Positions 23,910 through 38,984 of a stretch of 64,000 nt of DNA are shown in pieces; positions within the stretch are counted from its first letter, which is position 1; each line of letters opens with the position of its first letter. A model generated the notes under the pieces. That model made no database searches. It saw only the letters and a program-made list of their open reading frames with translations, and was not told the DNA's origin. Source of the stretch: Octopus sinensis (taxonomy: Eukaryota); NCBI RefSeq assembly GCF_006345805.1, contig NC_043004.1, positions 63,364,001 to 63,428,000 on the forward strand, written 5' to 3'. Made by a program: the position numbers and the translations under genes.

Positions 23910-26040
23910 ATAATATGAATAAAATATTCTAGTTCGAAGCTGAGTTTAATTCATATTCGCGTCCCAAAATAAGATTGATATATCGACAGGATACAGAAAT
24001 GATCAAGGGTAAGTATGAAATAATTTTAGAAAGAGATCATCGACATTCTGTGGTTTATGTTACGCACTAAAATTAAAATACCAGTGAAATAATCAAGATT
24101 AATTATTAACTGAAGAGTAGAACTTTAGAAATGGGCACGTGAATCAAGGAAAATATCTATTAAAAGACATTCTTGAATGGAATGTGCTATATCTTTGTCA
24201 ATGAATCAGTTATTTCCTCCATCGGCCATTACTTGAAAGGTAATATTTCACTGATCATTCGTCTTTACTGTATTCTAGCAATTATTTGCTGCTTCAAAAC
24301 ACTAGTGTCTGCCTATTATATCAAATCAGGACACTCCTTATTTTGATAACTTCTGTTGTCAAAATTGACCATAAATGTTGTTTTGATACGAGTACTGTGG
24401 TCCCTGACATCCTGTGTATTTAATTGGCTGTATTGGATTCAATTGAATAGCCGTTCGTGGCATCCTGTATGGATAACCACACATACATGTATATATACCC
24501 ACATTTTTAGGCAGGTATGTATGTACGTACGTGAGTATGTATGTATGTAAGCATGTATGTACGTGTGTATGTATGTAAGCATGTATGTATGCATGTATGT
24601 ATAGCGTATAAGATGGAGGTTGTCCTGGATAGATCTGCCGCCGATTAGTCACACGCGATACGCGCCAACATTTCTGCTAATACCTTGACCAAAATCTTCA
24701 AATTTCAATAAGGCGGAGTGAAGGGCCTCACATTGTCTATTTTATCCCCGTTGTTTGAGTCCTTTCTTATTAGCACCACGATCCCCCGGCAAACAGATTT
24801 GGGTATTAATAAATTTTATGTAGCATTAAATGATTTCATCATAATATACATCAATGTATAATGAGTCAAACTTCTAGACGTTAAAATTTAAACATATTAG
24901 ATTTTACAGGCAAATTTTGTTGGGCTATTCTGCGTTGCAGACGTTTATACCCAGGCTAGTGTCTTAGATTCCAGACACCATTTTTATATACTTACTTCTA
25001 CCTACCTCAGTGAATTCGTAGTGAGCTACATTTGGTAATATAGTATTCTATGGTATACGTTATCCATTCCTTGTAATGGCAGAATAAGGAAGTAGTGAAA
25101 TATTCATATTTTCAAGAATACACATATACCTTGTAGCAATGTATAGTACCATTTTTATGTTATCCGTCGTGGTTTCAAAATGCAAATCAACTTAGTGAAA
25201 CTAACGTAGGACTGGATTTTGTCAGAAGAAACTTTAAGGCAAATTGATTCAGCTTTCTATACTTAGTGAAAGGAGTGCATTCCTTGAGATATTGAGAAGC
25301 ACTGTAAAACATATATTACCTGAAGCATTTTCAAAATTCAGGACTGTAATCTTAGTTACATCTATGGTTGCACCAGAACTCAATGTTTCACCATCCGGTC
25401 AAATATCCTGGACATGCAGATACTGGTTTTATTTGGAGCATCCCTGACGGAGCCAGATCGGAGTGGGAATCAGTCAGATGCTGGCTGCAGTATGAATTGC
25501 GTGAAGGTCGCAATCAGCCTAACCGCCACAGAATTATGCCTCGTAACACTAGAATTCTTCTGAACACTTCCCTGTCCATCAAGTGAAAAGAGTTACTGAT
25601 GTCAATATAGCCAGCAAGCAGCTCCAAACGAGAGCTTCGCACAAGTTAGATGAGTAATTCGAAAGTAACTACCTGGTCTATAGTTCATCTATCTTGTGTA
25701 AATTCTGAAACCTCCCGCTGCTGAAATGAGAGGCATGCAGATTATTTCGCCCTCTCTTGAGAACAACTATGCCAAATCTCTAGGGCAAGAAGGTGAGTAC
25801 AACATTTGAACAGAATTTACGGTTTTGGTTTTCATCTTTACATTTCTTGGCAAAGACAGAAAGCTACTGCTACAAATAAAGCATATGACCTGTTTTCCTA
25901 ATGGGTAGTCAGTGAGCAACCAGAGAGAGAGAGAGAGAGATGTGCAAGGTATTACATATATGGTAATTATCAGCAATAAGGATTGTCAAATGAAATATGT
26001 GAGAAAATATTTTGTATAAACCAGAATGAGGATATAAATG
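23910..26040. repeat. tandem segmental duplication, copy 2
   Basis: Colinear with 21170-23473. Confidence 0.95.
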
Positions 26041-26064
26041 TGATTAATTATTATTAATTATTAA

Positions 26065-28908
26065 CATAATCTACGCGTGCATCGCAAATGGTATAAAGTA
26101 TCGTAACAACGCTACCGTGTCCTATGTGCCTAGCGAATTTTCAAGACATTGAAAAATGTCGAACTGTCCCACTCAACAAAGAGGGTAGACAACCAGCAAC
26201 CTGACTTACCACTGCTGTGCGTCTCATCAACGATGACCAGCCTAGCCCCTCGGGTCAACAAAGATTGTTCTTATCTGTAACTTTAAAGCCTTCCTGAGAA
26301 GAAACATGACGCCACCCACCCCTGCCGTTTCACATAGAGAAATAATTTTCTCGAAGTCGTTTAACAGGAGTGAGAAAGTCTGCAGCCCTCACTGTCTGGC
26401 TTCAGTAATAACAACAATATCCCGTCTATGCGACCTGAGATCGTCACAGAGGAAACCCTACTTATCGACCCCAGGCCGCGCACATTTATATATCCTACAT
26501 TAAGGGAAACCAAAAAGATAAATAAGAGTCTTGGAGGATGGTTAATCCTCCTCATCATTCGTGGTCTGTGGGAACAGAATGAGTTTATTATACGGTGCTG
26601 TCGAAATAATTTTTCTTGGAGAGCCAACCTCCTCAGGAAATATATCTTTTAAACATTTGTGGTTGGTCCTATCTATATAGATAAAATCTATGTGGGTGGG
26701 AACACCACTAATATCAGGACTAGTAAATGTTTGTGCGTTTTGTTAAAGTGGCAATTTCATTTAAAATGTTTTAATTGTTTGCATCATACGCAGATATATA
26801 TAATTTTTATGAGGGACGGGTGTGAGAAGCTTGAGGGCTCTGCGTGTGTCTATAACTGTGGGGAGGGGGAGATTATATAACAGGTGGAGGTTTGGAGACT
26901 GGTGACTGTAGGAGCCGTTTGGTAGTCAGTGTCTGTGGACATGGTTTGGGGAAAAGCGTCCGTGGAAGAATGATGGGATCTTTCTTTTTCTTCCATGATT
27001 CTTCACTTCATTCACTGTCCAAGGCTTGTGCTTCTTTTCTTTTCATGTTTTGCTACTCCTCCCTGCTTGTCTCTTAGACCACTAGCGCAGTACGATGTGC
27101 GGCTGATTCTGCAGCGGGTGGGGGAGCTTTTGTTTTCACTGGTGGAGGGCATTTAGTCCGCTTGGTTTTCTTCTCTCCACCATTAATCTCAGGATCGTTT
27201 CGTCCCCTACTCGTATGATGTCTGCAATCAATTTGAGGTAATCTTGCGCAGCGGCCTGTGATAATATTTCCGTGCCTTGACCCTACCAATTTTGTTGATG
27301 AATTTTCGAGGCATGGAGGATTGTCACTTTATCTTCCAAGCCCAAAACGTTAGCGGCCACCAGCAAGGCAACGTCGACCGCGCTGGGATTTATCCTACCC
27401 TCACGTTGGAAGTTCGCCTTCCTAAGTAGATAGGTAGTAGTACCACTTCGTTCGATCTCACGGGTGACGTTGAGTGTTGTCTGGCCTTATCTTCACTTGC
27501 GAGTCGCACCTCTATTGTTGCGAACTAATTCCCTCTCGCATGATATACAACATTTTGCCAGATTGGTTGTGGACACTTGCCAATCCCCTGTGTCGTTTTC
27601 TTCATCTGACGACATATCGGAGGATCCGAAGGTGGGAGGGGAAGTGTATTGGGGTCTATTTATGAGTGTGTTGACTTTGTTATTGTTGTTGGTGCTGGTT
27701 GGTGACAGTTGGAGTGCGGCATGTGGGTTTTGGGGTGGGGTATGAGTCTTTTTGGTTTTCTCTTCCTCCTTTGAAGTTGTTGTTGTTGGTGGTGGTGGTG
27801 ATGGTGGTGTTGTTTCTGTTCTTGGTGGCGCTGGTGGTGATGTTATTTGGTTGGGTTGACTTGTTGGTTGGGTTGACTTGTTGGTTGCCGATTTTCCTCT
27901 ATTTGTTTGTAGAGTTGTTTAATTAGTTCTGCATATGGCGGGTAACAGTGCTGGTTTTTTGCACGGTTTTTGGTTTTCTTGTGGTTATTTTTGTTTTTCT
28001 TGATCTTGTAGTCGTTGTTGTTGATTCTGTGCTAGTGGGCGCTTAATCTGTAAGTGTGCCTTGCTACCACAAACATAGCAACGTAGCTTTCTGCCTTCGA
28101 TGTCCTCTCTCATTGGATTCTATGTAGAATTTTTTCGAACATCATCGGATTAATTTCAGCAAGAATTTCAATTTCTTGGCCAATCCGGTTTTCAAATTGG
28201 AAGGACTCAAAGTGGAGATGTCCTCGGCTCTTTCTTCAGTGTCGAATCGAACTTCAGTCGTGGCAAATCTGTCACCCCTTGTAATGTAATAATTAATGGC
28301 CCATATAGGCCTTAAACATTTTTCAACATTTTCTTGAGCGGCCTTTTCGTATAGCTTTTGTTTTTAGACTGAATGTTCTGTAACTAACTGAATTTTTTTT
28401 TCGATTCTTTCTGTGATGTTTTGTGGTGTGTGTAGTTGTATGCAGATGTCGTCTCTTTTAAACATTGCTTTGCAGGAGGGCAGTTCTTCTTTGGAAAAGC
28501 ACATGACTGTTTTCTTAAACTTCAAAGCTGCGGCAAAATTGTTTTCGGTATTCGTATTGGTTGTGGTGGTGATGGCGTGGTGGTTACAGAAGCAGAAGCA
28601 TTCGTGCCATCAAATGCCTGTGTGCGTTCACGCGGAACGACTTTGCTTTCAGCTTCCTTCGCCTCTAGCATTGGTAGAGTCGGGAGGTCAGCTTCATGGT
28701 TTCGCTTAGCCATATTTGTTTAGAAATATGGTAAGGAAATCCATGAAAAGAGATATGTAAATAGGTTTGAAACTGCCTCTAGGGGTCAATTTCTCCATTG
28801 AAAACACACTCAAACGAAAGCTGGGTACTTTGTGTGCAAAAATTGAAACAATAAATGTTCGAAAAAAAAAGGGGTTACCTGCGGAGCCGATGTGACATCA
28901 CGTCAGTC
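26065..28908 (-). mobile_element. Tx1-clade LINE copy A: 5' UTR, decayed ORF1 and N-terminal APE; 3' part missing
   Basis: 5' end gactgacgtgatgtcacatcggctccgcaggtaa shared with the element at 58851; APE start SLNVGYINVRGLG..DLRSHRRDIVVITEA...GGVMFLLRK.L...IRTIFVDP. Confidence 0.8.
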
Positions 28909-28923
28909 AAGACAGATATATTT

Positions 28924-28925
<2 letters not shown>

Positions 28926-29006
<81 letters not shown>
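28926..29006. repeat. (GATA)n array separating Tx1 copies A and B
   Basis: Directly visible. Confidence 0.97.
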
Positions 29007-29007
<1 letters not shown>

Positions 29008-32000
29008 GTTTCTTTATTGGCCACACAGGGCTGCATACAGATGGGACAAATTACAAGGTAGAGCTTTTCTTTTGTGGGATGAAAATAAAGCAAAAACAAA
29101 CAAAAAACAAAAGAAAAAAGTGGAGTAGGTTTTCGATCAAAAGGGATCGTAAAAGGGGGAAAACAAAAGAAAAAAAAGAAAAAAAAAAAAAAAAAAAAAA
29201 AAAAGAAAAAAGGAAAAAGGAAAGGAAAAATAAAAAAGGAAGAAATAAGAGGAAAAAAGGGGAGAGGAAAAAAACGATCAATAGGGATCATGTATCACAG
29301 TGTCATGATGTACGGTGTAAAGGGGAAAGCAGATAACGTTTATCCATGGGAAGAAAAGCCTACGAAAAAGACCACGTTAACCTCGGTCAATATTGTTTTA
29401 TGTTACTACATTTATTTGCAAATGGGTAACCCTCTGCTTTCAATTTCTGGGTTCATAGGATCATGCTCAAGGTGGCTGCGTCATTCATACGTGCCATCCT
29501 TGCTACATTCACCCATCTTTTTTTAAAACATTCACTAGACAAAACTTGTCTCTCTACTCTCACTTTCCTTTTCAAGTGGTACTTGAAGAAGTTGATGAGA
29601 GATTGACCAGAGAGGAAAGTGTTTGTCTCCAATCCTTTCAGACGCGTCCACCAGATACATTCTTTCGCCATAGCCACAAGGATGATGAAAATAGCTCTTC
29701 CTTCCCTTTTGAAGGAAGGAGGCGTGACAATATTGACGATAGACTCAGCTGATAAACCGACTCGTCCTACACGTGATAGCAGTTGTTCGACATAAGCCCA
29801 CAGGTCGGAAATTGTTGGACACTGCAAGAGTGCGTGCAGAACGGTTTCGTCGCTCTGACCGCATCTCGGGCAGGTCGGCCCCGTGTTTCTCGAGCCGTGT
29901 CTGTAAAGCTTATCCCGAACGGGTAGCGCTTCTCGGTAGCACTGCCAGGCCAAGGATCTCTGGAAGGTGTTCATGGGCCCTATCCCGAAAGTCGTCCCGA
30001 ACAGGCGGGTCCTCGTCGACGTCCAGGTTCGCCCCGAGCTCGTCGTCGTACCTCCCCTCCACTAATCCTCTATAGAATGCTTTGGTTGTGTTGGAGTCAC
30101 TCAAGGACGACCTAGGACAGCAGAGTTGCTTGAGAGCAACGTGACACTCGCGGTGCCATTCGCCCTTCCTCGGCCTCTTTTTGAACCACGACTGTAGTTC
30201 GGTCATGGAGACGAGCTGCGGGAAAGCGTGCCTCACAAACGGCGACCACACCTGTTCACCGTCGTCTACGAAGAGCCTGAGATGTCGCAGTCTCAGCGCG
30301 TGTCTGCGCATCATCAACCACGGCATGCACAGTCCTCTTTTTTAACGGCTGTTGACAATTGGATCACCTGACCAACGGGACGCATCCTTTCCACAAGAAG
30401 CGAAAGAGAATGCGTTCTAGTTTGGTGATGGTAGGGTCGGGACAAGGCACGACGGTAAGGCGGTAGTAGATGACGGACGCGATGTACGTGTTCGCCACCT
30501 CCGCCTGACCATTTAGGGACAGTTTCCTTTCGGCCTATTGCCGGGCGAGAGTGAACACCCAACACATTATCTCGTTCCAGTTCGTCTCCACTTGGAGGTC
30601 CAGACCGAACCAGACCCCTAGCAGCTCGACCAGGCCGTCGGTCCAGCGTCCCACGACGGAGGCGCTGGTGGACGGCATGGGCTTGCTTCTCCAGGTGCCT
30701 AGTCGCAAGCCCACAGACTTTTCCCGGTTGATTTTCGCCCCAATCACCGCTTCGTAGTTTTTCAGTGACTCGCCGACCTGCTCGATGTGCTCGTGGCTAG
30801 ACACTATGACGGTGATGTCGTACGCGTACGCAGACACACTCGTCTCGCATCCCAGTTCTCGCGGGATGCCCCTCAAAGTTGCCAGCTTCCGCAATAATGG
30901 CTCGAGAGTCAATACGTATAGAAGCGACGAGAGGGGGCATCCCTGACGGACCGAACGTGCGATGTCGAAAGGTCTCGATAGATGTCCATTTACGCGAACT
31001 ACCGAACGGATGCCTCTGTACAAAGCGGCTATCCAGCCGCGGAAGACGGGACCAAAGCCAGCCGCTCTGAGGACTGCCTCCAAGTATCGATGGTCCACCC
31101 TATCGAAAGCATTCGATTGATCCAAATTGATCAGCGCCCCACCCATGCCAGGTTCGTTAACTACCATGTCTATGATGTAGCGCATCAGGTGGAGGTTGTC
31201 ATGAATGGTCCGGCCCGGCACTGCGCATGTTTGCGCCTTCTCGACCAGTTTCTCGATGACAAGCGCCAACCTCTTGGCTAGCACCTTGGCCAAAATTTTC
31301 AAGTCTGCATTAAGCTGAGTGATGGGCCTAAAGTTATCTATTACATTTCCCTTGTTTAGACCTTTCTTCAGCAGTGTTACGGCTCCTCGGCTCACAAAAC
31401 CAGGAATGCTCCCGTTTTGCTGCCAGTTGCAGTACACCGCTGCCAAGACATCTCCAAACAAGCCTGGCATACAATTGTAAAGCTCGTAGGGTAGACCATC
31501 CAAACACGGTGACTTGTCCCTCGAGCATTCTGCCATCGCGTCCTGCACTTCCGCTGCAGTGATGGCACATTCGCAGCACCCTGCCTCTCTTGACGAGAGT
31601 TGTGGTAGGCTGTGTAGGTAGGCACTGAAGTCCACCCTACGTTCTTGCCCGCCACTCGTCCCGAACAGTCGGGCAAAGTGCTATTGAAAGGCCTCACACA
31701 TTTTACTTGGCTCGATCAATTCGCGCCCCTATTCATCTACCAGAGACCGAATGGTGGCTTTGTTGCCCTCTTGCGCCTCTGCCACCCGGGCCTCTCTCGC
31801 GGCTCCAACACCTTGGTTCCTTTGAGCACGCATCCTAGCTCTGACAGCACACCCTTCGTGTTTGGTGTTGAAGTGCGGGTCTAGGGCCAACCTCGCCGCC
31901 AAAACGTCGGATGCGATGACGCTTCTAATTGCCTGTTCTAGCTTCTTAACTAGCTCACCCTCTACTCTATTTCTATCTATGGCTAGTGTTTTGCTGTACC

Positions 32001-32369
32001 TAATCGCTTCTGCTTTTACTGCTCTCTTGAGGGCAAACCACCATTTGTTGTTGATGATGGCTCCCGTCAAACCCTCTTTACAAGTGTGCTAATCCGGTCT
32101 CTGAAAGCCTGTCTCGATGGGAAAGACGCGTTTAGTTTCCAGTATCCCGGACCCTGCCTAAGAGTCTTACCTAAGTCTAGCGTACATGTCACAAGTTTGT
32201 GATCCGTGTAGCTGTCTATGTGGAATTGTGGACATCCTATGCTATCTCTATTTACTGTCCTACACAGTATCAGATCTAGATACGATCTCGACGACCCGAT
32301 GCGGTTGCTCCATGTCCACGTTGGCGCCTTCAGGTGGTCTAGTCGGAACCTGTCAAACAGTTGAAAGCG

Positions 32370-32373
<4 letters not shown>
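29007..32373 (-). mobile_element. Tx1-clade LINE copy B, 5'-truncated within APE; RT, zf-RVT-like domain and 3' UTR
   Basis: ORF 30535-31635 (FRPITQLNADLKILAK, LINLDQSNAFDRV, VRQGCPLS, SAYAYD); ORF 29453-29974 (CPRCGQSDETVLHALLQC); 3' end aataaagaaact then (TATC)n. Confidence 0.93.
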
Positions 32374-32559
<186 letters not shown>

Positions 32560-32984
32560 ACTTACTTTATTGACCACACAAGGCTGAACACATAAGTGAC
32601 AAATACAAATGTAGAGCTTTTCTTTTCGAAAATGACAAAGAAATGGAGTGAAAAAAAAGAGGAAAAAAGTAAACTTCCGATCAAAAGGGGTCGGGGGCAA
32701 AAGGAAATCGATCAAAAGGGATTGTGTATCACAGAAGAAATTTTAGAAATGTAAGAAGCCAAATTAGGTTTATCCGTGGAAATAAAAGCCTACGGAAAAG
32801 ACAGGCAAGGAAATAATAAACACATCAGAGCAAAGTGCTCCCTCTCTCTCTTTCTGTTCGATTAACAGGATCAAAAGTGGTTCCATCCCTCGGACGAACC
32901 ACCTCTGCCACATTCACCCACATTTTTTGAAACTTTCAATAGAGGAAACCTGCCTCTCCATTCTCACATTGCTTTTCAAGTTAT
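32560..32984 (-). mobile_element. Tx1-clade LINE copy C, 3' end only
   Basis: LKSNVRMERQV..IESFKK corresponds to LKRKVRVERQV..ECFKK of copy B; 3' end gtggtcaataaagtaagt then (TATC)n. Confidence 0.85.
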
Positions 32985-34019
32985 ACAGATAGATAGAGAG
33001 ATAGATATATAAACAGACTGACAGACAGACAGGTAGATAGATAGATGGAGAGATAAATATATATATAAATAAATAGATAGAGACATATAGATAGTCAAAC
33101 AGATAGGTAGATCGATAGATAGATGGTTAGAGAGAGAAAGATACGATAAAAATAGATGGAGACGTACATATATACATACATGTATACATACATAGCTACA
33201 TAGACAAATAGATATATAGTCAAATAGATAGATATACCGATAGTTAGATCGACCGATATTTAGGTACATACATACATGCGTACATACATATATATATATA
33301 TACATACATACATACATTCATACATACATACATTCGTATATATCGACGCAAGGAGATACATACGGATGCGCGCATATCAAACACATACATCTGCCTGCAA
33401 ACTCAGACACATACATACATACATACATACACACACGTGCGCAAAAATTCTACGAACACTCACACACACATGAATACAAAATATATTGTAAAATTCAAGT
33501 ATGCCTACCTGACATTGTTAATTATTATGAAACATTGAGGCTAGTGTGCATAACATTCATCAGATTTAAATTCAATGGATTACAACATTTGGAATGTTGC
33601 TGCTAGTGTGAACTCATGCCAAGACTTCGATACTCCTAGTGAATTCATTAAATTAAGTTGACTGAAATTTCATGGGAAGAATGTCAGCAATTTTCTAATA
33701 AAATATGTTTAGTTTACGGTAGATAGGAATTGCCTAATGAAATTATAAAATATATCCTGAAATGCATCTGGCAAATTGTTCAACAGCACAGACACATACC
33801 CATCCATACACACAAACTAAAACGCACACATGTGCACACACACACACACAAGTACACAGGCCCACACACACATATATATATATATGTGTGTGTTTTTTTG
33901 TGTATATGTATATTTACACATCGTTTACTCACACATACATGACCCTCAATATGTTGGTATGTATGCTAATGAATTTGTGTATACACACATACACACACAC
34001 GCACACACAGACACACACA

Positions 34020-34051
<32 letters not shown>

Positions 34052-34074
34052 GATAGATATATAGATAGATAGAT

Positions 34075-34105
<31 letters not shown>

Positions 34106-34111
34106 TGGATG

Positions 34112-34150
<39 letters not shown>

Positions 34151-34195
34151 GATGGATAGATAGATAGATAGATAGATAGATAGGTAGGTAGATAA

Positions 34196-34249
<54 letters not shown>

Positions 34250-34560
34250 GGATAGATAGATAGATAGATAGATAGATAGTAAGATAGGTAGATATAGAGT
34301 GAGAGAGAGAAAGCGATAAATAGATAGAAAGATAGATACATATATAGATACATAGATAGATAGATATATCGATAGATAGATAGAGTCATACATCCATCCA
34401 TACATACATACATACATACATACATACATACATGCATACATACATACATACATACATACATACATACATACATACATACATACATACATACATACATACA
34501 TACATGCATGCATAGATACATACATACATACATACATACATACATACATACATACATACA

Positions 34561-34591
<31 letters not shown>

Positions 34592-35101
34592 GTCTCTACA
34601 CATATAGGTACATACGAATGTCTGCACATATATCTTATTCACATATATATTCTAAGTGTGTGCGCTTAGTAGTTCCTATTTGCATATATATGCACCTGGT
34701 TGCGAAATTTCGGATCTGTCATATATTTTATCACATATTGAAGCTGTGAAACATTTGGTGCTTTTCGCATATGCATATATACATGTTCCTCTGCATACTC
34801 ATACGTATACATACGCACACACATTGAAATGCATATATACATACATACACACACGGTCGCAAATATATACAAAGTCTTACATACACACACACATGTGCAC
34901 AAAATATATGTCGAGTTTGGTTTATGGTAATGTAAAATTCTGGGGATTGGTGAAGAAGTTTGTGAATATCACGTAACGCTCTGGGTATGTGATGATCGTA
35001 TACAGAGAAAGGAATTGGGGAACAATATTTTTATAAATGTATTTATATAACGGATACCATAACGACGGGGCGTTTAAATATTTCAATAAACAAATACTTA
35101 C

Positions 35102-35134
35102 TCTCTTTCCGCCATCTCGAAACTATTCGGGGAT
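35102..35134 (-). other. candidate 33-nt micro-exon with ATG
   Basis: polyY-tttcag | atccccgaatagtttcgagATGGCGGAAAGAGA | gtaagt. Confidence 0.55.
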
Positions 35135-36094
35135 CTGAAATGTAAAAAAGAAAAAGTTAAAGATATCATGTTAGATTTCCTTAGACAACAGTAACATTAT
35201 GAGTGGGTTATTAAAGCAAATAGATTTTCCAAGAATGAAGCAGACGTAACATCATATAATATTGTATATGTGTCAGTCATTTTGTGTGCACATACAAAAA
35301 GATACACTAAAGGTGACGGTTACTTGCAAGGAACTACTGTGCCGAGCACATTCGTGATATACTGTGTTCATTGTGGAGAATTGATTTGTGCTTCAAACAC
35401 AGACGAAAAACGCTTTGGCCTATATCAACATTGATATCTCTAACGAACATGGCAAGGTTGATATTCTTCATAAGAAAAATGTGCATTAGTGTCCAGTGGT
35501 GAAAAATGACAAATAAAAACAATGGTTATTTGCAGGATTAGCTAATGCCCCTAGATAGATGCACATTACTTCTCCAGCAAACGTGCTAGTTTGAAGTGAG
35601 GTCGGTACTGAAGGTACAAGTTCTCAGAAATTATACTGCTGGATAAATAGATTTCTCGGACATTGTTGTTAAAATGCAGTGGAAAGCTTTACTTCTTTGA
35701 GAGAAGAGCATTTGTCACAAATCATAGGAAAGTCAAGTATGCCTACCTGACATTGTTAATGATTATGAAACATTGAGGCTAGTGTACATAAAATTCATCA
35801 GATTTAAATTCAATGGATTAGAACATTTGGAACGTTGCTGTTAGTGTGAACTCATGCCAAATCTTCGATACTTCTAGTGAATTGATTAAATTAAGTTGAC
35901 TGAAATTTCATGGGAAGAATGTCAGCAATTTTCAAATAAAATATGTTTAGTTTACGGTAGATAGGATTTGCCTAATATAATTATAAAATATATCCTGAAA
36001 TACCTCTTGCAGATTGTTCTACAGCACACACACATACCCACGCATACGCACAATCTAACACGCACGCATGTACGCTCACACACAAATACACAGG

Positions 36095-36145
<51 letters not shown>

Positions 36146-36240
36146 TTGTGTGTATATGTATATTTACACATCGCTTACTCACACATACATGACCCTAAAT
36201 ATATTGATATGTATGCTCATGAACTTGTGTATACACACAT

Positions 36241-36376
<136 letters not shown>

Positions 36377-36412
36377 GGATAGATAGATAGATAGATAGAT
36401 AGGTAGATAGAG

Positions 36413-36466
<54 letters not shown>

Positions 36467-36470
36467 CTAG

Positions 36471-36501
<31 letters not shown>

Positions 36502-36510
36502 GATAGATAG

Positions 36511-36587
<77 letters not shown>

Positions 36588-37315
36588 TAGATGGATACAT
36601 AGATAGAAAGTAAGATAAGTAGATATAGAGTGAGAGAGAGAAAGCTATAAATAGATAGAAAGATAGATACATATATAGATACATAGATAGATAGATATAT
36701 CGATAGATAAATAGAAACATACATACATACATACATACATACATACATACATACAAACATACATACATACATACATACATATATACATACATACATTCGT
36801 ATGTCTCTACACATATAGGTACATACGAATGTCTGCACATATATCTTATTCACATATATATTCTAAGTGTGTGCGCTCAGTAGTTCCTATTTGCATATAT
36901 ATGCACCTGGTTGCGAAATTTCGGATTTATCATATATTTTATCACATATTGAAGCTGTGAAACATTTGGTGCTTTTCGCATATGCATATATACATGTTCC
37001 TCTGCATACTCATACGTATACATATGCACACACATTGAAATGCATATATACATACATACACACACGGTCGCAAATATGTACGAAGTCTTACACACACACA
37101 CACATGTGCACAAAATATATGTCGAGTTTGGTTTATGGTAATGTAAAATTCTTGGGGTTGTTAAATAAGAAGTTTGTGAATATCTCGTAATGCTCTGGGT
37201 ATGTGATGATCGTATACAGAGAGAGGAATTGGGGAACAATATTTTTATAAATGTATTTATATAACGGATGCCATAACGAAGAGGCTTTTCAATATTTCAA
37301 TAAACAAATACTTAC

Positions 37316-37348
37316 TCTCTTTCCGCCATCTCGAAACTATTCAGCGAT
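37316..37348 (-). other. candidate 33-nt micro-exon with ATG
   Basis: polyY-tttcag | atcgctgaatagtttcgagATGGCGGAAAGAGA | gtaagt. Confidence 0.55.
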
Positions 37349-37606
37349 CTGAAATGTAAAAAAGAAAAAGTTAAAGATCTCATGTTAGATTTCCTTTGAC
37401 TTCAGTAACATTACGAATGGGTTATTAAGCCAAAAAGATTTTCCAAGAATGAAGCTGACATAACATCAAAGAGATAATGATGCACAAGTGTAAAATTTAA
37501 GCTAATAATTTAGTTTTGAGCACTGAGATGATAATATGAATTAACAAGTTGCAACTGATGACTCTTAAAGAACAGAAATTACTAGAGGAACACAGCACGA
37601 AATATG

Positions 37607-37783
37607 TACGAGGGTTTGCTGAAAAGGTTCGAGTTTTACGGGTATCGGCAAAGACCTCGTTTTACAGGATTTACAAAAACTGAAGGGCCGCTGCAATAAC
37701 ATAGCAAATCCGACAAGGGAATATTTTGAATATAATCAAAATTGACTGATCTAAAGCCATATAATTTTAATCACCACCTCTTA
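37607..37783. mobile_element. decayed mariner-derived MITE (paralogue of 17063)
   Basis: tacgagggtttgctgaaaagg ... ccacctctta. Confidence 0.55.
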
Positions 37784-38927
37784 TGTAACTCCGAATTGAT
37801 AGTCTTGAATAATATTTTACTATCAAACTGTCATTAGTGCATAGGCAATTGACATTCCGTATATATTTTAATATAGTTCTCTTTACCAACACTCTTCACG
37901 GGATACTGTACACATTACAAATCATGATCTACTTTGCATTTGTGTGAATCAAACCGAATTTTGTTTTATTTCAATTTGTGTAATTTATTTTATTTACACT
38001 GGCATAAAGAAATGTTGACTGGACATAACAGTTACTGTTGTCAGAAGGCTAAAACATGTTACACGTATGTTTGATTTACTTTTGAATTCTACAAGTGATC
38101 CTATCCACTTGCCCCACTTTGACTGTGTAACATATGGTTACGAACACCCATTAATTTCGAGTAAACTTTCTCATAAACAACAAATAAAAACAATGGTTAT
38201 TTGCAGGATTAGCTAATAGATGCTAATAGATGCACATTACTTCTCCAGCAAACGTGCTAGTTTGAAGTGATGTCGGTACTGAAGGTGGAATTTCTCAGAA
38301 ACCATGCTGCTGGATAAGTAGATCCGTCGGACATTGGTGTTAAAAACTTTTCAGATGAAAAATGCAGTGGAAAACAACACTTGGAGTGTTGCTGCTTGTG
38401 ACGACTCATGCCGAATCTTCGATGCTCCTAGTGATTTCATTAAATATGTTGCCTGAGAGAAGTACATACACACACACACACACACATGCAAAAACACATA
38501 CATACACAAAAAACATAAACAAGTGAATATGCAGAAAGAAAAAAAAACTTACACATGTACATACATATAAAAATACTCACACAGACTTACACACACATGC
38601 ATATACAAACTTATATGCATGCATGCACACATACATATATGTGTATGCGCACACGTACTGATCCACACACATACGCACAGACAAAATGAACGCAGCTCGG
38701 ATAACGGACAGAGTCAACGACTATTGAAAAGGTTCCAAGACAGAAATTTTGTGAAAAATAAATAAGTAAATGAGTAGAAACATTACCGGTGAGTGTGTTA
38801 AATGATAAACTACTAAAAGAGAATGACTCACCCAGACGCAAGCGTATATGTATATGTATGTATGTATGAATGAATGTATGTATGTATGTATATATGTATG
38901 TATCTATGAATGTATGTATGTATATAT

Positions 38928-38983
<56 letters not shown>

Positions 38984-38984
38984 C

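Noticed and set aside
28875-29336. Poly-Phe and poly-Lys ORFs
   Set aside because: Translations of the T-rich Tx1 3' UTR and the (GATA)n array.
35290-35400. B-box-like YCVHCGELIC, and ankyrin- or F-box-like readings on the plus strand of the decayed segment
   Set aside because: They need frameshifts, are not preserved in the 18.5-kb paralogue, and conflict with the orientation of the splice-flanked micro-exon.
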